Shown here one piece after another: positions 59,201 through 64,000 of a stretch of DNA of 64,000 bases. Numbering within the stretch: the stretch's first letter is position 1; every line of letters starts with the position of its first letter. The position numbers were made by a program, and so were the translations under genes. The notes beneath the pieces were generated by a model. The model made no database searches, was not told the DNA's origin, and saw only the letters and a list, made by a program, of their open reading frames with translations. The DNA comes from a virus: the IMG/VR virus record IMGVR_UViG_3300030329_003698, positions 13,183 through 77,182 of that record. One strand, given 5' to 3'.

Positions 59201-60149
59201 AATCTGCATCACCTTTCTTCAACATAGAAGAAATTTTATAGACCTGTTTATGCATTTTGTAAACAGGATCAAGCCAGAGAACAAAAAGCTTCTCAGCATC
59301 AACTTTATGATGACCGACAATCTAGATCTAAGTGGTCTGGAAACGGACATTCCATATAAACTGATGTACTTCAGTGGTAGAAGGCCGACCAACAACTATA
59401 AGGCCAAGATGTGGGCTATGCTGGAGGAAGACTGTAAGTACACAGTGAAGTTCGACGAAGATATCATTATGAGCAATCATGTCTGGGACTACATGATTGA
59501 GAACAGAGAGCTTCTATACACAGACCCAGAACTCCTTCTTCTGACACCGGTAGTCAATATAGGGGTTCCCACCTGCGATATGTTCATCGAAGACTTTTGC
59601 TCAGAGAAAAAAAAGAACGAGTTGCATTCTATTTTTCTAAGACAGGACATGCAAAAGACTGCTGGAGATACTTGGGGTATTGCTGATAATGAATTTGTAA
59701 CACTCAACCAACACACGGTCGGAGCCTCTGAGTGGAATCCAGATGCCTATTGGGAATCTGTAAAAGGGCTAAACACAGAACTAAAAGGAATTCATCCTGT
59801 CAGGGTGGATTTTGAATCCCAAAGACAACTAGCTAATGTGGTTATTGAAAATCTGCCAGAGTTCTTGAGGCCAAGAGAATATAGTATTGACAAAACGGAT
59901 AAACCTTATTTATGTAATGACGCCTGCATAATGCGAACAGACGTATATAAGGACGTAAATAAATTTAGAGAATTTCTACCTTATGACGAAATTCCTATAA
60001 ACGACTATAAAAGAGAAAAAGGGCTTCGCTTTGGATTTATTAGGAATGGGCTAGCATTGCACACTCTGTATGGATATGTGTCTTATGATGATGAAGACCG
60101 TATGGAAATGGAGAACGAAATTTATAGATCAATAAAACAGGCGGTATAA
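59193..60149 (+). CDS. Putative GT-A glycosyltransferase
   Basis: VKFDEDI DxD motif; glycan island context. Confidence 0.55.
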   Translation: MSEICITFLQHRRNFIDLFMHFVNRIKPENKKLLSINFMMTDNLDLSGLETDIPYKLMYFSGRRPTNNYKAKMWAMLEEDCKYTVKFDEDIIMSNHVWDYMIENRELLYTDPELLLLTPVVNIGVPTCDMFIEDFCSEKKKNELHSIFLRQDMQKTAGDTWGIADNEFVTLNQHTVGASEWNPDAYWESVKGLNTELKGIHPVRVDFESQRQLANVVIENLPEFLRPREYSIDKTDKPYLCNDACIMRTDVYKDVNKFREFLPYDEIPINDYKREKGLRFGFIRNGLALHTLYGYVSYDDEDRMEMENEIYRSIKQAV

Positions 60150-60258
60150 AACATGCATGCTAGCGGAGTAAGGAGGGTTATAGAAAACATGTACCCTCTA
60201 CCACACATAGAGTATCACAAAAACGAACCTAAAATTTTCATACACAAGGAAAAAGAAA

Positions 60259-61017
60259 ATGAGGACTCTGAAAGAGATAGCTCTGGACACTCCAGAACAG
60301 ACGATGCTTGAGCCACACGCAGCACACTACTGCGAAGTGTATGATCAATTTTTTAATGCTATAAGAGAAGCCAAAGTCAGATTTTTATTGATAGGTATCG
60401 GCAAAGGCGGCTGTTTAAAGATGTGGAAAGAATACTTTCCGAAGGCTGAAATCTTTGCCATGGATATTCGTCCAGAGTGCAAGGACTTTGAAGAAGAGGG
60501 GGTAGAGATCCATATCGGAGATCAAGGAGACTCTGATTTTATCAGCGCGTTCCTCCAAGATACTGGTGGTAATTTTGATGTCATCATTGATGACGGTGGC
60601 AAGCAGATGTATCAACAGATTAACTCCCTCTTGCTCCTGTGGAATTCAGTAAACCCAGAGGGGGTTTATGTAATAGAGGACACACATACTTCATATTGGC
60701 CCCATTTTGGCGGAAGTATTCATGGACCAAACATGAAAGTTCAAACCCAAGGCCAACACCAAGTTACCACTATAGATCTGGTTAAGGCTTTGGTAGACAA
60801 CCTACACGCGATCCATACAACAAGACCAACCATGTGGAGTGAAGATTACACTGATTACTTTGCTTTGAAGGAGTCAGAAGACCCTTATGCTGACGCGCCA
60901 GTAGTTGAGCCAGTCGATGGAATCAATGATAGCTTGGAATCAATGCATCTTTACGATTCTCTAGTTGTCTTGGTACGCAGCGGGGAAACAGGAGAAATAA
61001 GAGACGTAAATAGATGA
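60259..61017 (+). CDS. Sugar O-methyltransferase-like (TylE/MycE C-domain-like)
   Basis: IGIGKGG, WKEYFP, GDQ, IIDDGG, YVIED. Confidence 0.8.
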   Translation: MRTLKEIALDTPEQTMLEPHAAHYCEVYDQFFNAIREAKVRFLLIGIGKGGCLKMWKEYFPKAEIFAMDIRPECKDFEEEGVEIHIGDQGDSDFISAFLQDTGGNFDVIIDDGGKQMYQQINSLLLLWNSVNPEGVYVIEDTHTSYWPHFGGSIHGPNMKVQTQGQHQVTTIDLVKALVDNLHAIHTTRPTMWSEDYTDYFALKESEDPYADAPVVEPVDGINDSLESMHLYDSLVVLVRSGETGEIRDVNR

Positions 61018-61550
61018 TACTACTTTCAAACAATCTTAGAAATTATATGTCAATACCCGATCACTATGTGATAAGGGTCAACCTCGCATGGACGTTTTCT
61101 CTTGACGACCTAGTAGAAAATCTAAACAGTCACACAAATGACTTTTTTATTGATATACCATCTGGAAGAAGCAAGCCTCCTAGCAATAAGTACAGCCTAG
61201 AGAAGCTGTATCCAATTTTTAGAGAACACGAAAATGTAAAGTACGTAGCCATATCCAACGTTGAAACATCTTCACAGTTAGACAATTGGAGTATCTTCGG
61301 AAAAAGACCAGTCCTTGTGCCAAAGATTGAAAGTATAGCGGGCGTTTTAAATATTGATGAAATCATGTCTTCTATTGACACTGAAAAAATTATCATGATT
61401 GATCACGACGACCTACATACGTCTTTACTAAAAAACGATGTCCCCCCGTCAAAACTTTATAGTGATTATATTGACCCCTTGCTAGAATATTGCGCAGAAA
61501 ATAACGTTATAGCTTTGAGAACCAGAGGTATAGTTTTTAGTGACGAATAG
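61014..61550 (+). CDS. Minimal pyruvate-kinase/HpcH-like barrel protein
   Basis: RVNLAW, PKIESIAGVLNIDEI, IMIDHDDL. Confidence 0.65.
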   Translation: MILLSNNLRNYMSIPDHYVIRVNLAWTFSLDDLVENLNSHTNDFFIDIPSGRSKPPSNKYSLEKLYPIFREHENVKYVAISNVETSSQLDNWSIFGKRPVLVPKIESIAGVLNIDEIMSSIDTEKIIMIDHDDLHTSLLKNDVPPSKLYSDYIDPLLEYCAENNVIALRTRGIVFSDE

Positions 61551-61953
61551 AATCGGGTTCACATGTTCTTGCTTTGACCTCTTTCATGCAGGCCATGTGT
61601 CTATGCTGGAAGAAGCCAAGCAGAATTGTGATCATCTGATAGTCGGGGTTCATTCAGACCCCTCTATTTTTAACCCCAACAAAAACAAACCCGTACAAAG
61701 CCTCATTGAAAGACAGATTCAGGTTAGGGCGTGTAAGTACGTTGACGAAATAATAGTTTATCAAACAGAAGAAGACTTAGAAACAATTTTAAAAACCTTG
61801 CCTATAGATGTTAGATTTTTAGGTCAGGACTATAAGGGTAAACCGTTTACTGGCGAAAGTGTCTGCGCTGCCAAAAATATACAAATATATTATAATAGCA
61901 GGGTGCATGACTTCTCATCGTCAGGGCTAAGAGAAAGAATAAAAAATGAGTAG
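61540..61953 (+). CDS. Glycerol-3-phosphate cytidylyltransferase-like
   Basis: FDLFHAGH, ER, YVDE, SSSGLR. Confidence 0.88.
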   Translation: MTNRIGFTCSCFDLFHAGHVSMLEEAKQNCDHLIVGVHSDPSIFNPNKNKPVQSLIERQIQVRACKYVDEIIVYQTEEDLETILKTLPIDVRFLGQDYKGKPFTGESVCAAKNIQIYYNSRVHDFSSSGLRERIKNE

Positions 61954-62968
61954 CATTCCAAAGATTTTAGTCTCTTCTGTTATAAGATCAACAAACAGAG
62001 GCGATTGTCATGGTGGTCTTTACATAGTTGACATGGAGAAGGGTACATCCGAACAGGTGTTAGATTGGAACTACCCACACATCAGTTGGGATTCTGGTGG
62101 TGGTGATAGGGGTCTCAGAGGTTTACAGTTTTATGATGGAGAGCTATATGCCGCTGGCGCCAGAGCGTTGTTTGTGTTCGACGAAAATTACGAACTGGTC
62201 CGACAATACAGGACCGCCATGCTCTCAGGAACACACGAGACATTTCTGTATTACGACAATCTTCTTTGTGTAGCGAACGCTCACGATTCTATTCTTTCGT
62301 TCAATGTAAAAGAAAAACAATGGGAAGGAGCCATACAGCACATCTTGGGCGGCCCATTAGTTTCTCTGGACCCAGAAACACGCCAAGTCCCAATATTTGA
62401 CGAACAGGGAGAGCCGCTTGTAGACGAAAACGACCCCTCAATGCTCAAATGGAAGATGTTGGACGAATCAGACACTATGCATATCGATAGTGTGTCGGCT
62501 TACAACGACTGGGTGTTTTATGCGGGGTCAACCACCGAACATATCTATGCTTTTAACATAAGAGACTACACGTGTATTCAACAACGACTGGTACACCCAA
62601 ACACACACAATGCTCAACCTTGGAAAGATGGTCTAATTTTCAACAGATCTATTGAGAGTGAGACCTGTTATCAAGTAGAAGGTAATCTTGTGAAGACTTG
62701 GAAAACCCCAATCCATCCAAATTCAATCACCAACTTTAGTCATAACGACCACGCAAGGGTTGGCTACACAAGAGGGATGGTATTGACCAAAGACTATGTT
62801 ATCGTAGGAACATCTCCTGCGGCAATTCATATGTTTTCTATGGATAGCGCATCACCTGTTCAATCAGTCTATCTTACGGACGATGTCAGGAACAGCGTGT
62901 GTTGCATGTGTCCACTAACCGAGCCAGAAGAAGGATTTGTAAATTGGGTACTACCACAGGAACAATAG
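61946..62968 (+). CDS. Beta-propeller-like protein, paralog of 17872..18783
   Basis: Shared HGGLY, RGLRG, HE, HN and RG motifs. Confidence 0.65.
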   Translation: MSSIPKILVSSVIRSTNRGDCHGGLYIVDMEKGTSEQVLDWNYPHISWDSGGGDRGLRGLQFYDGELYAAGARALFVFDENYELVRQYRTAMLSGTHETFLYYDNLLCVANAHDSILSFNVKEKQWEGAIQHILGGPLVSLDPETRQVPIFDEQGEPLVDENDPSMLKWKMLDESDTMHIDSVSAYNDWVFYAGSTTEHIYAFNIRDYTCIQQRLVHPNTHNAQPWKDGLIFNRSIESETCYQVEGNLVKTWKTPIHPNSITNFSHNDHARVGYTRGMVLTKDYVIVGTSPAAIHMFSMDSASPVQSVYLTDDVRNSVCCMCPLTEPEEGFVNWVLPQEQ

Positions 62969-64000
62969 AAAAGTTTTTAGATCTTGGCAAGCAACCCATC
63001 GCCAATGCGTTTATCTCTCCGGGCGAATGTCAGAACGAATACTTCTACGACTTAGAAGTCGGTTTAGATACAGAGACCAAGCTCGTTTCGCATATGAATT
63101 GCGTTGATCCACCCTTGATGTTTAATGACAGCTATGTCTATTATACATCTGGATCAAAAACTATGGTTAAACACTTCAAGGATATTGCAGGATATCTAAA
63201 GGAGAGGTTCCAGCCAAGAAGAGTGTTGGAAATAGGAAGTAATGACGGAACCTTTCTAAAAAACTTCTCTCTTGAAAATACCGTGGCGGTAGAGCCTTGT
63301 GGTAATTTCGCCAGCTACACGAGGGAGATGGGGTATGAAACACACACAGAATTTTGGACACAAGATCTAGCCGTAAAGATAGCTACGGCGGATAGATTTG
63401 ACCTTATTTATTCTGCAAACTGCATCTGTCATATTCCAGATCTTTATGACACCTTCTCTGCAATATATTATGCTCTTTCAGACAAAGGCGTCTTTGTATT
63501 TGAAGATCCTTCTCTGGCCGAGATGTTGGAGAGAAACTCATACGATCAAATTTATGATGAGCATGCCCACATTTTCTCTGTTACGGCTCTAAAAAATGTC
63601 TTGGCAAAAGCAGGGTTAGAAATATTCAGCGTGGACAAAACACAAGTTCACGGCGGGTCAAACAGAATTTATGTGCAGAAAAAGGGAGGTCCACAATATG
63701 AAGACGGAAGTCTTGAAATAGAACTTGAACAAGAAAAATTAGCAAAGATCGACAAGCTGACGACTTATCGTAAGTTTGCCAAGAGAGTTCAAAAATCAAA
63801 GACCAGTCTGGTGGAACTTCTACACGACATCAAGGATGGTGGAAATAAAATTATAAGTTATGGGGCCACTTCCAAATCTACTTCTGTATTTAACTATTGT
63901 GAGATTGGTCCCGATTTGATTGACTATATTACTGACACTACTCCAGACAAGCAGGGTAAACTATCGCCCGGAATGCATATTCCAGTAGTGTCTCCAGAGG
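62944..64000 (+). CDS. NDP-sugar C-methyltransferase (partial, runs off the window; not in ORF track)
   Basis: TTG start; LDLGKQPIAN, LEIGSNDG, YDQIYDEH, HGGSNR, YGATSK, KQGKLSPGMHIP. Confidence 0.9.
   Translation, partial: MGTTTGTIEKFLDLGKQPIANAFISPGECQNEYFYDLEVGLDTETKLVSHMNCVDPPLMFNDSYVYYTSGSKTMVKHFKDIAGYLKERFQPRRVLEIGSNDGTFLKNFSLENTVAVEPCGNFASYTREMGYETHTEFWTQDLAVKIATADRFDLIYSANCICHIPDLYDTFSAIYYALSDKGVFVFEDPSLAEMLERNSYDQIYDEHAHIFSVTALKNVLAKAGLEIFSVDKTQVHGGSNRIYVQKKGGPQYEDGSLEIELEQEKLAKIDKLTTYRKFAKRVQKSKTSLVELLHDIKDGGNKIISYGATSKSTSVFNYCEIGPDLIDYITDTTPDKQGKLSPGMHIPVVSPE

Noticed and set aside
60153-60311. Short ORF before the methyltransferase
   Set aside because: No motif and substantial overlap with the next gene; not enough support to annotate.

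Overview
A 64-kb segment of a large, AT-rich dsDNA bacteriophage, probably a jumbo/huge phage. Almost every credible gene is on the + strand, densely packed and often overlapping. A DUF1501 protein and Tat signal peptides point to a Planctomycetota(-like) host; this is inference. The window holds: (i) a glycosyltransferase/methyltransferase block (2.2-7.9 kb); (ii) two sigma-70-type factors; (iii) a membrane/peptidase module with two trypsin-like proteases, a permuted papain-like amidase and holin-like proteins (11.6-16.9 kb); (iv) nucleotide metabolism genes (dCMP deaminase, class II RNR, dUTPase, dNMP kinase, ThyX), PhoH and tRNA-Arg(TCT); (v) a recombination/replication block (RecA, DnaB, primase, SSB, exonucleases); and (vi) a ~16-kb glycan-synthesis island running off the right end. 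The most unusual feature is a DNA polymerase III alpha (DnaE) split, without inteins, into two genes ~6.8 kb apart. A lysine/arginine catabolic gene set sits between and just before the halves: ornithine cyclodeaminase, a half-size HPPD-like dioxygenase, ALDH, an ArgZ-like arginine dihydrolase, lysine 6-aminotransferase and lysine/saccharopine dehydrogenase. There is also a candidate structured ncRNA, a recurring GTGTATAATAT promoter-like motif, a catalytically dead DeoC homologue and a membrane-anchored metallothionein-like peptide. No capsid, portal or terminase gene and no CRISPR array is recognisable. All family calls come from motif recognition by eye, not database searches.
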